Source: Candidatus Hydrogenedentota bacterium
GTDB taxonomy: Bacteria; Hydrogenedentota; Hydrogenedentia; Hydrogenedentales; JAEUWI01
DNA: 64,000 nt
Direction: 5' to 3'
Assembly: GCA_034669905.1 (NCBI GenBank)
Contig: JAXMOL010000029.1
Location: 1 to 64,000, forward strand
Of this stretch, positions 22,156 through 33,162 are shown piece by piece. The position numbers and the translations under genes were made by a program. A model generated the notes under the pieces. The model was not told where the DNA came from, ran no database searches, and saw only the letters and a list, made by a program, of their open reading frames with translations. How positions within the stretch are numbered: position 1 is the stretch's first letter; each line of letters opens with the position of its first letter.

Positions 22156-23720
22156 TTCAACAACCCCTCCAATTCCTTCCGCCCCGCCGCAATCTCCTTT
22201 TCCAACGCCGCCAGGCGCTCCAAAATCACCTTCGGCGGGTCATGCTCCACCGCCTCATACTCCACCTCCTTATAGCGATTAATCGACAGGTCGTAGTCGT
22301 TCCCCTGAATCTCGGCCACGGGCACGACGAAGGACTGGTCCGTCCGGGCGCGCTTCCATTCCGGACTCTTCGGGCCCTTGTCCCGCAGGGACTGCCAGCG
22401 CAGTTGGATATCCGGCAGGTTGTTCACGGCGTGGATTTCTTCCGGCACGGCCTTGCCCTTGGCGAGGCATTGGGCAATCTTTTCCCTGGCGTCCCCGTTC
22501 CCCAACGGCGTGCGTTTGTCGTCGAGGGAGAAGCCATCGGCGCGCATGTCGTAGAACCAGACGCCGTCGGTGCCGCCGGAGTTGGTCTTGGTGAAGAAGA
22601 GGATGGCGGTGCTGACGCCGGCGTAGGGCTTGAAGACGCCGGAGGGCATGGAGACGATGGCGTCGAGCTTTTGCTCGTCCACGAGGATCTGGCGGAGGGC
22701 CTTGTGGGCCTTGCTGGAGCCGAAAAGGACGCCGTCGGGCACGATGACGGCGGCCCGCCCGCCGGTCTGCATGAGCCGGAGGAAGAGGGCGAGGAAAAGG
22801 AGCTCGGTCTTTTTTGTCTTGACGATCTGCTGGAGATCCTTCGCGGTGGATTCATAGTCCAGGCTCCCGGCGAAGGGCGGATTGGCGAGGATGAGGGAGT
22901 AGTTTTCTTCGTCGTCGTGGACGCCCTCGGAGAGGGAATCGCGGTAGCGGATATCGGGGTTTTCCACGCCGTGGAGGAGCATGTTCATGCTGCCGATGCG
23001 GAGCATGGTGTTGTCGAAGTCGTAGCCGTGGAAGGTGCCCGCGTTGAAGCGGCGGCGGGCCGATTCGCTGCGGTAGATATCATCGCCGTGGTGTTGGAGG
23101 AGGTATTCCGACGCGGCCACGAGGAAGCCCGCGGTGCCGCAGGCGGGGTCGCAGATTTTGTCTTTCGGCGTGGGGGCGCACAGGGCCACCATGAGCTGGA
23201 TGATGTGGCGGGGCGTGCGAAACTGGCCGTTTTGCCCGGCGCTGGCGATTTTGCTGAGCATGTATTCATAGAGATCGCCCTTGGTGTCGGCATCGTCCAT
23301 CTGGATCTGGTCGAGTTGGTCGACCACATTGGCGAGGACCCGGGCGGTGGGCATCATGAAGAGGGCGTCCTTCATGTGGTGGGTGTAGGTGGAGTCTTGG
23401 CCGTCGCCATCGCCACTGCGCCCGAGGGTCTTCATGAAGGGGAAGACTTCGTCGCGCACGATTTCGAACATTTTCTCGGGTGCCAACTCCTTGAAGCGGG
23501 ACCAGCGGAGGTGGTCTTGCTGGGGCGTGAAGACGGGGTTTTCGATGGGTTTCTTCGTCCGGGCTGCCTTTCGCTCGGCGAGGGTATGGAGCTCATCGAG
23601 CCGCTTGATGAAGAGGAGGTAGGTGAGCTGTTCGATGACGGAGAGGGGGTTGGAGATGCCGCCGGACCACATGGTGTCCCAGATGCGGTCTATCCTGGAT
23701 TTAAAATCGCCTGTGACCAT
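22152..23720 (-). CDS. hsdM: Type I restriction-modification N6-adenine methyltransferase
   Basis: GQFRTPRHII, DPACGTAGFL, ILANPPF; start at MVTGDFKSRIDRIW; overlaps the hsdS start. Confidence 0.95.
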   Translation of the reverse strand: MVTGDFKSRIDRIWDTMWSGGISNPLSVIEQLTYLLFIKRLDELHTLAERKAARTKKPIENPVFTPQQDHLRWSRFKELAPEKMFEIVRDEVFPFMKTLGRSGDGDGQDSTYTHHMKDALFMMPTARVLANVVDQLDQIQMDDADTKGDLYEYMLSKIASAGQNGQFRTPRHIIQLMVALCAPTPKDKICDPACGTAGFLVAASEYLLQHHGDDIYRSESARRRFNAGTFHGYDFDNTMLRIGSMNMLLHGVENPDIRYRDSLSEGVHDDEENYSLILANPPFAGSLDYESTAKDLQQIVKTKKTELLFLALFLRLMQTGGRAAVIVPDGVLFGSSKAHKALRQILVDEQKLDAIVSMPSGVFKPYAGVSTAILFFTKTNSGGTDGVWFYDMRADGFSLDDKRTPLGNGDAREKIAQCLAKGKAVPEEIHAVNNLPDIQLRWQSLRDKGPKSPEWKRARTDQSFVVPVAEIQGNDYDLSINRYKEVEYEAVEHDPPKVILERLAALEKEIAAGRKELEGLLK

Positions 23721-24069
23721 GGGGGTTCCTTGGAAAATGGTGTTACCGCCATCGCCGGGCGGGATTGGCCCGGTGTGGCACGGAATGTTATGTGTCCGCC
23801 GCCAAACGGAGGGTCTGACGGCCTGAACGCCGTGGATGGAGGATGGCACCCTATTGGGCGGCACCGCTCGACCTGGTGGTTTTTCCACGGGAGGGGAAGT
23901 ATTGCGGTTGTTGTTGGCAGGTGTCAATAGGGCTGCACGGTGGGCTATCTTCGCCGTCGGCGGGTGCATTAAGCGGCGCGGTGAATTTTCCATGGGAACG
24001 GCGGGGAAGGGTCTGTTATACTGAATTCTTTCCCTTTTATAGTAAACATTACCACCCGAAATGGACGTC

Positions 24070-24414
24070 ATGAGCGCTTTACCCCCCTGCCCGAAGTGTC
24101 ATTCTGAATTTACCTATGAAGACGTCAGTCTCCTGGTATGCCCCGAGTGTGCCCACGAGTGGTCTGCCGAGGCCCCCGCAGAAGAGGCGGGAGCCGGCGA
24201 GAAAGTCTATCGGGATTCGGCGGGCAATGTCTTGCAGGATGGCGATACGGTGACGGTGATCAAGGACCTGAAGCTGAAAGGATCGGGGGGCGTGGTGAAA
24301 ATCGGGACGAAGGTTAAGAACATTCGCCTGGTGGACAGCGATCACGATATCGACTGTAAGATTGATGGCTTTGGGGCCATGAGTCTGAAATCGGAGTTCG
24401 TGAAGAAGGGTTGA
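24070..24414 (+). CDS. phnA: PhnA/YjdM zinc-ribbon protein
   Basis: [52 protein letters not shown]. Confidence 0.92.
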   Translation: MSALPPCPKCHSEFTYEDVSLLVCPECAHEWSAEAPAEEAGAGEKVYRDSAGNVLQDGDTVTVIKDLKLKGSGGVVKIGTKVKNIRLVDSDHDIDCKIDGFGAMSLKSEFVKKG

Positions 24415-24654
24415 CCGGGCATCGGGCAACTTGTAAAACCCCCGGACAGTGCTTATAATACGTGTGATCAAGAAGCGTTGATTGCGGTATCCCCACTATA
24501 CAGCTCCCATGCGCCCAGTTGGCGCCTGCCGGACGGAATCTGGTGTCCGGCTGCAGGGCATAGGCATGTGCACCACGCAGGCGAAGGGGACCTCAACGCG
24601 AGCAGTTAATCCGAACGCGGATTGCATTACCTTAATGTGTATAAGGAGCGAGCC

Positions 24655-24849
24655 ATGTGGACACCAGGAATTGGTGAGTTGGCGATTATCATGATCATCG
24701 TGGTGCTGGTTTTCGGTACCGGAAAACTCAGTGGCGTGGGGAAATCCCTCGGCACCGCCATTCATGATTTTAAGGCTTCGGTGAAGCCGGAAGAAAAAGA
24801 AGACGCACCGGCCTCCGATGCGCCTTCCGACGCGGAAAAGTCTGAGTAG
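24655..24849 (+). CDS. tatA: Twin-arginine translocase TatA/TatE subunit
   Basis: [42 protein letters not shown]. Confidence 0.92.
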   Translation: MWTPGIGELAIIMIIVVLVFGTGKLSGVGKSLGTAIHDFKASVKPEEKEDAPASDAPSDAEKSE

Positions 24850-25003
24850 ACACTGCGTTTTGAGGGCATATCGTATGCCTTTCCCGGGTGCGGAGGTCTG
24901 GTGTTGCCAGGCCTCCGGGCACACCCCGCTGGGGGATTCGGCGGTGGGAATGGGCGCGATGTGGGCCCGCCAATCAGGTAAATGGCCGTATTTCGGAGGT
25001 TTC

Positions 25004-25459
25004 ATGAAGCTATCAACGGTAATTATCGGCGCCATGCTGGCCATGGCCAGCGTGGGCATTCAGGGCTGCGTTCATGCGCCCCGTGACACGACCGGTTTTG
25101 CTCAAAACCACAGCCTTTCTGTGAGCGCCAACTTTAACGACACGTGGCAGGCCGTTAAAGATACCCTCCGCGATAAAGAGCTTGAGATTTATACCCGCGA
25201 CAAGCGGGGTGCCTTTGTGGCCTATACGCCCATGAAGCGCCGCTATCTGCAACCCAATCGATACCAGTACACCTTCGACATTGAAGCCATCTCGGAGGAT
25301 GAAACCCGTATCGCCCTTGACACCCGTAAGCAATCCTACGGCGTGACCCTGCTGACCTACCCCGGTTGGCACGATCGCAAGACGGGGGATACGCCCCAGT
25401 CGCAGGAATTGCTTGACGCCATCCAGGCCAAACTGGATGGTGCCGCTGCCGCCCCCTGA
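25004..25459 (+). CDS. Hypothetical lipoprotein
   Basis: GGAGG RBS; signal peptide ending in lipobox-like IQGC. Confidence 0.7.
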   Translation: MKLSTVIIGAMLAMASVGIQGCVHAPRDTTGFAQNHSLSVSANFNDTWQAVKDTLRDKELEIYTRDKRGAFVAYTPMKRRYLQPNRYQYTFDIEAISEDETRIALDTRKQSYGVTLLTYPGWHDRKTGDTPQSQELLDAIQAKLDGAAAAP

Positions 25460-25586
25460 GGCGGAATCCGTACCGACCTCGAGCGAATGCTTTCCCGCTG
25501 CACGTTCTCAAAACGGGAAGAACTCACTTGACAAAACAATTAAAACTAGTTTAGCACTATTTTTTGCCGTTTTCCGTCGGGGAATA

Positions 25587-25595
25587 TGATATAAT
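25587..25595 (+). promoter_or_regulatory. Candidate extended -10 promoter element
   Basis: TGaTATAAT in an AT-rich intergenic stretch, 25 bp before the ORF at 25620. Confidence 0.4.
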
Positions 25596-25619
25596 CAGCG
25601 TGTACGAAGCCATCGGAGA

Positions 25620-26087
25620 ATGATGCCTATGTTGTCCCTCATCGAGGTCACCTGCCCCCACTGCTCCGCACAGGGCCAAATCATGTTACCCCCTCTCGGC
25701 GCGATCATCGTCGGCCCCTGCCCGGAATGCCAGGGCATGGTCGCCGTATTCTGCGGCCGCGTCTTGCCCCTGGACAAAGAGATTATGTCGTCCAGCGATC
25801 CCGACGTCAAGCGGGCCCATCTGAATGAGATTCTGGGTAACTTCCTTCACGACCGGGTGGATCGTCTTTTTGGTACGGAAGATCCGGAAGAAGAGATTTC
25901 CTACGAAGAGCTCGACGGCTCGGAAGACGAAGGCGCTGCGGCACACACCGTCCTGGGGAAGATAGATCCCTATGGCAATGAGCACGATGCGCCTATTTCG
26001 CCGGAGGAGCTGGAATCCTTCAAGAATGTGGACCTGCGATTAATCGACAACCCGGACTATTTTAAAGCGATTTTCGACGAATCCTGA
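25620..26087 (+). CDS. Hypothetical zinc-ribbon protein with acidic C-terminus
   Basis: CPHC...CPEC pairs; GGAGA RBS. Confidence 0.7.
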   Translation: MMPMLSLIEVTCPHCSAQGQIMLPPLGAIIVGPCPECQGMVAVFCGRVLPLDKEIMSSSDPDVKRAHLNEILGNFLHDRVDRLFGTEDPEEEISYEELDGSEDEGAAAHTVLGKIDPYGNEHDAPISPEELESFKNVDLRLIDNPDYFKAIFDES

Positions 26088-26125
26088 GAAATCGGGTATT
26101 CGAGCGAGATTTTGACGTGTGCGGC

Positions 26126-26155
26126 TTGAAACAGGACCCCCTTTTTTGCTACTAT
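26126..26155 (+). promoter_or_regulatory. Candidate sigma70 promoter of the tRNA gene
   Basis: TTGAAA-N18-TACTAT with an upstream TG (extended -10). Confidence 0.5.
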
Positions 26156-26174
26156 AGGTCTTGTCAACAACTGA

Positions 26175-26251
<77 letters not shown>

Positions 26252-26261
26252 ATTATAAATC

Positions 26262-26295
26262 AAGGACTTACGACGATGTCGTAGGTCCTTTTTTT
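26262..26295 (+). terminator. Intrinsic terminator after tRNA-Met
   Basis: aaggacttacgac-gat-gtcgtaggtcctt followed by a T run. Confidence 0.75.
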
Positions 26296-26608
26296 GTGTC
26301 TGGGTGGCCCGAGCGCGCAGGTCCGCATCCGGGGGCTGCGGTCCCACCTTGCCCCGGGGTATGGGCCCCTGCCGTTCCACCGGATGGCCGGGCGGCTCCG
26401 TCGGTAATGGGACACCGCCCGACTCCCCATCCATCCAATCACGCCGCCTCACGATAGCCACTTCGAACGATACCACCCCGCTGGTACGCGCGTATGTTGG
26501 CGTTCCTTCGGGGGATGGGAAATATAGACGTATCAAAAGGTCAGCGGTTTGGGCCGGAGATTTCCCACCATCCCAATGCCGTCGCTTCGAAGTTGGCCCC
26601 GGTCGTCT

Positions 26609-29485
26609 TTACTTCGCGAGTTTGATTTGTACCTGCTGGAGCACCGGATAGCGATCCCCGTTGTCTGAGCGGAAGGTGGCCCGGTATTGCATACACCGGT
26701 CATCGGGCGATAGGGTGCCGTGTTTCTCTTTCACCGGACGCCATGTCTGTTCTTTCAGCAGATCCGGATCGCTCGCGGTGCGTATTTCGAGGGTCAGGCC
26801 AGCGCCTTTTGGCTCCTCTGCCTGGTAACTGATGTGGACTGAACGGGCGGCTGCGTCCCATTCGAATAGGGATGATTCGTAGCGCTGTTGGTAACTTCGG
26901 TCGTAGATGTGTCCCGGGTCCTGGGTCCACAAGGTGTGTGCCCCCAATGTGGGCAACCGGAGTACCTCCGGGTTCGTGAATCGCTTGCCGTCGTTATAGA
27001 AGACTTTCGAGTCCACCTGATGATTCCCGAAGCTATTGTGGCATGCGACGGCAAGGTCAAGCAGGCCGTCTCCGTTGAAGTCCCCGGCCTGCGCGTCACT
27101 CGCAGAGTCGCAGAGGAGTACGGCCCGGTTCTTGAGGTTGAAGCCATCGGGTCCTCCCCAATACAGGAATGACGGCAAATCGCCGCGGTGAACTTCCCCG
27201 TGGTAATTGGGTACGAACAAATCCAGGTACCCATCCTGGTCAAAGTCCGCGATGGCCTGATACAAGGTGCAATAGCCGGGCAGCCATTGGGAGTCCCACT
27301 GGCGAAAGCCCTGCTCGCCGCCCCATAAGATGACATTGCCCAAGTCTCTGAAGTCATTAACCCGGTCGCGGTACCCCGAGCAAACCAGATCGAGCCAGCC
27401 GTCCCCGTTGAGGTCTGCTACTTCCGTGCCCATCGCCATTGGAAGGATAACCACGTGCTGGCGTTCCTCATCAAAGCCCTTCTCGCTGCCCCAGAAGATC
27501 CGAAGTCGGCAGGTTTCGCGGCTTGTTACGGTAATATCGAGCCAGCCGTCTTTGTTGAAGTCCGCGATGATGGGGCCATTACTCCTCCCCTCCGAGCGGA
27601 GAATGATCTTATCCGCCATTTCAAATCCGTTTGCCGAACCGTAGTACACGGCCACCTGGGCGGCCGTATCTGCTGCGTCGGAATACCATTGCTCCCAACC
27701 GCCGAGGACAATATCGAGATAGCCATCCTGATTGAGGTCGGCCGTGGCGCTTGTGTCCATATAGGGCTCAGGCAGAATGGTTCGAGGGCCGTCCAAATCG
27801 AATCCTTTAGAACTGCCCCACAGGATGTTCGTTCCGATGATGGGGTTTTTCAACGCTCCGGGTCCACCATGGGCGGTAAAGGTGAGCAAAAGATCCACGA
27901 AGCCGTCGGTATTGAAATCCGCCGCGGTGGCATCGTGGCCGCTTTGCCCGGGAATCACCCAGCGATTGGACGGCTCAAAGCCTGCGGGTGCGCCCCAATA
28001 CACATAATTGGGAACCCGTTCATAGAGCGTTCCCCCCAGACGGTTCGCGAAAACGGAGCGGCCGGGTAAGCCGCCCTCCGGTGGCACGATGCAGGCATCG
28101 GTGGCGCCGGATGTACTCGCTTCTTTTGCCGCCCTCACGAAACTTCGTTTGCCCTGTCCGAAGTAGATGAGGGACTTGGAATCAAATCGTTTGTCTTCCA
28201 GCCCCTGGTACACCGCTATCGCGATGTCCTTCTGTCCGTCGCCATCCACGTCGCCCACGGCGGTTGCGGTACCAAACCACGCTTCAATGGTGGTCGTCTC
28301 ATCCAGTGAAAACCCCTGGGCGCTACCCCACATCACCCGCACCGGACTGAGCCGGGACGTATCCACATCGCCGACCTCACCGCCCGCGGTCGCATAGCGT
28401 CCCGTAACGGAAACGTTGGTGAAGAGGAGTTCGTCGTAGCCATCCCCATCCACATCACCGGCTGAGAGCTGGGAGCTGGGGAAGAACTGCCGCGACGTGA
28501 CCTTATTCCCATCTCGCCCCGTGCCGCCTTCGACCAGGTAAAGGGTGTCGGTGCCCGTACCGATGGCCAGTGATTGCGGGCCATTCTCCGTGGCGTTTAC
28601 GATCGCCATACACGTTCCGCCACCATTCGGCAACGACACGTCCGTCTGCTCAAATTGCACTTCGTAGTTCTCGCCTCCGGACCTCTCAGGCACTTTTCCA
28701 TCGCGCAACTTATGAATCTGCTCCACATCGGTACGAGAACCCCAAAAAATCCGGACCCGATCGGCCGCGAGCACCATCAAATCAGCTACACCATCTTTGT
28801 CCAGGTCCGCCGCCTCCAGTGCGATGGCGTCAGCGAGTCCGAGATCCTGGTATTGATAGAGCAAGAATCCCGTGTCACTCCCCCAGTAGATGCGAATGTT
28901 CCTTTCCGCAGTGAACGGGCCGCTCGGGCTGTTCAGCACGGTAATATCTGGCCAGCCATCGCCGTTCAAGTCATCGACCTCAACGCTCAGTGGGCCATTG
29001 GTGGGAAGTACCCCCAGGCGGGCTACGGTCCAGCCATCCTCTCCACCATAGAGGATTCGCAGGAACTCCCGTTGGGTCTGCAGTCCCGACCGTTCAAGGG
29101 TGAAGACCAGATCCGTCCAACCATCGCGGTTCAGGTCCCCCGACTTAACGCGATTTGCACCGATTACCGGCAGGCTGGATGAACTCAGCAACCGATCCTC
29201 CGACACGCTGGCCAGTGTGGGTGGAACCTTGTGAATCAAATCGTGTGTATTGCCGAAGAAGAGGTCGAGGTAGCCGTCCTCATTCAGGTCATACCGCTGG
29301 ATAACCTGTATTTTTCCGTCCTGGCTGACGTAAATGTTCTGGCCGGAGGCATCTAGGGTCCCGTCGACGAAGTCCTCGAAAGTATCTTCTGTCCAAACGA
29401 GCGTGTTCTCTTGGGCGAGCGCACCACCTCCGCTGAAAAGCAGGGCAAGGCATGACCAGTGAACCAGGAGGTTGAGGGGCTTCAT
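26609..29485 (-). CDS. Secreted FG-GAP/VCBS repeat protein
   Basis: Signal peptide; many DLNxDGxxDL repeats alternating with (I/V)YWG motifs. Confidence 0.88.
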   Translation of the reverse strand: MKPLNLLVHWSCLALLFSGGGALAQENTLVWTEDTFEDFVDGTLDASGQNIYVSQDGKIQVIQRYDLNEDGYLDLFFGNTHDLIHKVPPTLASVSEDRLLSSSSLPVIGANRVKSGDLNRDGWTDLVFTLERSGLQTQREFLRILYGGEDGWTVARLGVLPTNGPLSVEVDDLNGDGWPDITVLNSPSGPFTAERNIRIYWGSDTGFLLYQYQDLGLADAIALEAADLDKDGVADLMVLAADRVRIFWGSRTDVEQIHKLRDGKVPERSGGENYEVQFEQTDVSLPNGGGTCMAIVNATENGPQSLAIGTGTDTLYLVEGGTGRDGNKVTSRQFFPSSQLSAGDVDGDGYDELLFTNVSVTGRYATAGGEVGDVDTSRLSPVRVMWGSAQGFSLDETTTIEAWFGTATAVGDVDGDGQKDIAIAVYQGLEDKRFDSKSLIYFGQGKRSFVRAAKEASTSGATDACIVPPEGGLPGRSVFANRLGGTLYERVPNYVYWGAPAGFEPSNRWVIPGQSGHDATAADFNTDGFVDLLLTFTAHGGPGALKNPIIGTNILWGSSKGFDLDGPRTILPEPYMDTSATADLNQDGYLDIVLGGWEQWYSDAADTAAQVAVYYGSANGFEMADKIILRSEGRSNGPIIADFNKDGWLDITVTSRETCRLRIFWGSEKGFDEERQHVVILPMAMGTEVADLNGDGWLDLVCSGYRDRVNDFRDLGNVILWGGEQGFRQWDSQWLPGYCTLYQAIADFDQDGYLDLFVPNYHGEVHRGDLPSFLYWGGPDGFNLKNRAVLLCDSASDAQAGDFNGDGLLDLAVACHNSFGNHQVDSKVFYNDGKRFTNPEVLRLPTLGAHTLWTQDPGHIYDRSYQQRYESSLFEWDAAARSVHISYQAEEPKGAGLTLEIRTASDPDLLKEQTWRPVKEKHGTLSPDDRCMQYRATFRSDNGDRYPVLQQVQIKLAK

Positions 29486-29716
29486 ACACGTTTACCTTTC
29501 GGGTGTCGCCGACGTGAGGGTGTGGGACTATGGATGTCGACGCGGTGTGGTGATGTGGGGTGGTATTACATTGATTTAAGCAGAAGGCCGTGGGTGAGTC
29601 AAGGACATTGCCTGGAGCGAGGCATGACGTAGCTGATGAATGGGCGCATGTGGGCTGCAGCATTCAGCGGGGTACCATTCGCCTGAGGGGCTGTCAACGT
29701 GAGGCTGCGTGTCTGC

Positions 29717-30922
29717 CTAAACGAAGCCCGCGTCTATGCGTGCATAGCCATGGGCCATGACGAGATGGCGTTCGCCCGAACCTTCACAAACCCGAGACCA
29801 ACTGTCGACAATGAGTTGGGGCGATTCGCCCGCCCGACGCAGTTCAATGCGAAATCCCCCATACATGCCAGGAATGGGAAACCAGATCATGGGGGACTCC
29901 CGCTCCAATAGGAGGCAGAGCGGTGGAAATTCGATTTGATTTTGCTCGACGAGGTCGTCCGTACGGCCAAGAACTACGTTCCGGAGTTGGGCTTCCAGTT
30001 TGGCGATTTGTACTTCACTAACCTGGTGTACAGGTGCTGGTTGGAGGACTTCCAGCAGGTGTCTAGAGGTTGCCCGCCTTGCCGTTTCCAGCGGCGTTTC
30101 GTCACGCGCGTTGCGAACCATACGAGAGGCACCGAGACGTATGAGTTGTTCAGCGACTTCGACGGAAGCGCCGTTTCTCGCGGCCTGATGGAGGGGGGTA
30201 TACCGTGCTTTCCCTTGGATTCCAGGCTGATTTATCTGGCCTGGTTTTTCGCGGAAGATTCGAAGGAGTTTGTCCCATTGCCCTGCTTTCGCGGCATCTG
30301 CAATCGCATTGTTTTCTTCAAGAAACCAGCCCGCGAGTGACTCTGTATTGCGGGAACCATACCACTCGGCGCCTTGCTCACCATCAATCGAGATCCGGTC
30401 TGGCTCAAACCACTCCGAAACGTAACGTGATTGCTCCTGTGTTTCGGGGGAATTGGGTCTCTTGGAAGACTTCGGGCAAGACGCCCAAAGCTTCTTGAGT
30501 GTCTCTAATGGCGGGCTGAAACCGGAATGTCTGCTAAGCCAACAACCGACCACCGTCCCTGTACGGCCGACTCCTCCCCAACAATGCACATAAACGTTTC
30601 GGTCCGCGCACAACGCTTCATCGATGTGGTCAAGAATCGCGACCATGTCTTGACGGGACCTGGGTATTGAGACATCACGAATGGGATGGGAAAAACGCTG
30701 CGCCTTACCGTTGCTGACCTCGCCGAGGATTGATTCATAGGATTCCAGTCCATCCCGGAGTTCGGTGAGATCGATGAAGCTGGAGATGCCGGAATCGACC
30801 ATGTCAGTCAGCCGTCGTCGCGAAGAATCTTCGTCGAGCGTGCGCGGATACTCTCCCGCAAGAAAGCGCTGCGGGACAACCCAATAGCTATTCAGGAGTG
30901 GCTTTCGGATATTATCATCCAT
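29717..30922 (-). CDS. Dual-specificity/tyrosine phosphatase fused to an ankyrin-like domain
   Basis: LAGEYP, VYVHCWGGVGRTG (CX5R), SPETQEQ; then YTPLHQAARNG..ETPLETA; start estimated at MDDNIRKP. Confidence 0.8.
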   Translation of the reverse strand: MDDNIRKPLLNSYWVVPQRFLAGEYPRTLDEDSSRRRLTDMVDSGISSFIDLTELRDGLESYESILGEVSNGKAQRFSHPIRDVSIPRSRQDMVAILDHIDEALCADRNVYVHCWGGVGRTGTVVGCWLSRHSGFSPPLETLKKLWASCPKSSKRPNSPETQEQSRYVSEWFEPDRISIDGEQGAEWYGSRNTESLAGWFLEENNAIADAAKAGQWDKLLRIFREKPGQINQPGIQGKARYTPLHQAARNGASVEVAEQLIRLGASRMVRNARDETPLETARRATSRHLLEVLQPAPVHQVSEVQIAKLEAQLRNVVLGRTDDLVEQNQIEFPPLCLLLERESPMIWFPIPGMYGGFRIELRRAGESPQLIVDSWSRVCEGSGERHLVMAHGYARIDAGFV

Positions 30923-31263
30923 TCTTGCCGACGCGGAAAGATAGCCGAACTTTTCACTGCATGATTGACAGTCTGGTATGGGAGTACGGTAGCCGGTCGT
31001 GGCAGGAAGAGTCAATTGTGGAACGCGGTGCCCAAAAAACTGCGTGCCTTCGGCCCGAGGCAGGCGGGCCGCCAGCGCTCCCAAATGTCAAAGACTTCTT
31101 TAATCAATAAGGGCCAAATCGAGCGGAGCCTATCTCTCCGGCACGAATAAGCCTTCCCGATAGTGCGCGTATTCTGGGTACGAGACGGCGACAACCAATT
31201 GCCCACCGTCGTCTTTTCGAATCCGGCCCCGCTAGAGACACCCCCGTCGTGGAGATGACGGCG

Positions 31264-33162
31264 TTAGTCCCACTCGAGTTCAAGGACTAGCGTGTCGGGT
31301 GTTTCGAAAGGGTGGGTGAAGGTGGCGGTGTTTTCTGCGAGGCGTTCTCCCGTCAGGGCGTTGGTTACGCGCCGGGCGGGTCGGGGCAGGGTGATCTGCT
31401 TGGGGCCACCGGTCTTGCTGTGGACTACCACCAAGCGGTCGTTGGCGTAGACCGGGGTGGTCTCGTCGACGTAGTGGTGTACCCCTGCCGCTTGCTGAAT
31501 ACCGCGCAAGGCCTCGGGGCTCATGGTGCCGTATTCCCAGGAATAGATGGAGGTCCAGCCGTCCATAGCGACGGTGGTAGGGCCCTTGATACCGTAGTCG
31601 GTACCGGTCCATGCCTTCACCCGGTTTGTGTCAAGGGAGTGGCCATCGGAGATGCCGGGGGCGTAGTTCCAGATGATGGTGCGGTTGTTGTTGAGCACCT
31701 TCTCCCGGAGCAGGGCGGCCCGTTCGGGGGTGATGAGGAGCGTGGCGGGCAGGCAGAGGACCTTGTAGGGGGAAAGGTCGATGACGGCGAGGTCGTTGAA
31801 GGAATAGAGGTCGAAAGGCGCGCCGGTCTTGCTGAGGCGCTCGCGGAATTTGCGCGTCATGGCCGCGGCGTGGGGCGCTTTGTCGTTCACGTAGACCGCG
31901 CTCTGGGGGTCGGCCACCAGGAGGGTCTCGGCCACACTGGTAGACGGCCTATCGATGTGGCGGAGGGCGAAGGCGTGCAAGCGGCGGATGAGATCCCGGG
32001 TGGGCTCGGCCTCATACCAGCCCCCCAGCATGTCGAACCACCAATAGGAGGCGTCGTTGACCACCGCGAAGGCGGCCTCCCGCGTCAGGCCCGCTTCGTC
32101 TTCCTGCTGGGTCTTCCACTGGTTGCCCTGGGGGAGCACGTGGGTGCGGTGATCGATTTCGTGAAGGTAGCGCTTACCGTAGCGCTGCACCGTGCCCCGG
32201 ACCAGTTGGGGTCCACTGCCGCCGCCCGTTGCCCGGTCATTGTAGGTGCCGGGACTGATGAAGAAATCGATGTCGGGGCTGGCAAAAACCCGCTCGTAAT
32301 CCAGGTGGCCGAAGGAGACCAGCTTCTGGTCGCTCACGAGGTAGTAGCCGTAGAAAACGCCCACTTCCTTGCGGTCATCGAGCGTGGCCCGTGCCGTTTT
32401 TGCGAAATGGAGAATGGCCTCGGCGACGATGTGGTTGTGGAAGCGCCAATACTGGATCTTGTCCATCTCGGTGGCCGGGTCGTAAATGACATTGTCGTGG
32501 GCGGCCTCGCGCAGGGTGCTCTCGCCGGGCACATCCGGCCCGAGGTCCAAGCCTTCCGCCGCGCTCCATGCCCGCCAGGCCGTGCTCTTCACCCGGCTGC
32601 TACGGCCCCGGTCATACTCATACCATTCCGACGTGCCGCCACCGGACAGGATGTAGGCGTCGATGCGGTCACCGTAGTGTTCTTCTGAGTAGGCGATGAA
32701 GTCCTTCAGCCACGTGGTCGTGTACTCCAGCCACTTCGGGTCCGACGCGGCATGGGAAATGGCGTCGAAACTATCCACCGCGAGTTTACGGGACAGCCAG
32801 GGGGGCGTATTCAGATCGATCATGCAGAGGAAGCGCGCGTTGGGATTCGCCGTGACGAGGTCCTTTACCTGCTGGTCATAGGCGTCAAAGTCGTAGCGTC
32901 CGATGCCCAGCCAGATGGGCGGATACTTGCAGTATTCGAAGCCCATCGAATTGATCGTGTTTGCGGCGAAGAAGCATCGGGTGTTGATACCCATTTCCCC
33001 AAAGGTGCCCGTCATTTCCAGTTCGGGCCAGAACGAACGATAGGCGATGTAGGAGTTCGGTGCGGCCTCGGGCGGTGCCCCGTCGGGCGCTGCCGCTCCG
33101 CCAACCGAACATGGACCCAACACAGCGAGGGCCAGAAGTCCCCAAGATAACCACTTCAACAT
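31264..33162 (-). CDS. Secreted glycoside hydrolase (GH42/beta-galactosidase-like)
   Basis: Signal peptide; GGGTSEW, HEIDHRTH, WWFDMLGGWY, trimerisation-like domain GAPFDLY..YK..L, AGVHHY. Confidence 0.65.
   Translation of the reverse strand: MLKWLSWGLLALAVLGPCSVGGAAAPDGAPPEAAPNSYIAYRSFWPELEMTGTFGEMGINTRCFFAANTINSMGFEYCKYPPIWLGIGRYDFDAYDQQVKDLVTANPNARFLCMIDLNTPPWLSRKLAVDSFDAISHAASDPKWLEYTTTWLKDFIAYSEEHYGDRIDAYILSGGGTSEWYEYDRGRSSRVKSTAWRAWSAAEGLDLGPDVPGESTLREAAHDNVIYDPATEMDKIQYWRFHNHIVAEAILHFAKTARATLDDRKEVGVFYGYYLVSDQKLVSFGHLDYERVFASPDIDFFISPGTYNDRATGGGSGPQLVRGTVQRYGKRYLHEIDHRTHVLPQGNQWKTQQEDEAGLTREAAFAVVNDASYWWFDMLGGWYEAEPTRDLIRRLHAFALRHIDRPSTSVAETLLVADPQSAVYVNDKAPHAAAMTRKFRERLSKTGAPFDLYSFNDLAVIDLSPYKVLCLPATLLITPERAALLREKVLNNNRTIIWNYAPGISDGHSLDTNRVKAWTGTDYGIKGPTTVAMDGWTSIYSWEYGTMSPEALRGIQQAAGVHHYVDETTPVYANDRLVVVHSKTGGPKQITLPRPARRVTNALTGERLAENTATFTHPFETPDTLVLELEWD

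Noticed and set aside
23721..24071. 117-aa N-terminal extension of HsdM, and similar ORF-track extensions of the 48653, 51584, 42620 and 5044 genes
   Set aside because: Family-typical starts or signal peptides lie downstream; the extensions look non-coding or overlap other genes.
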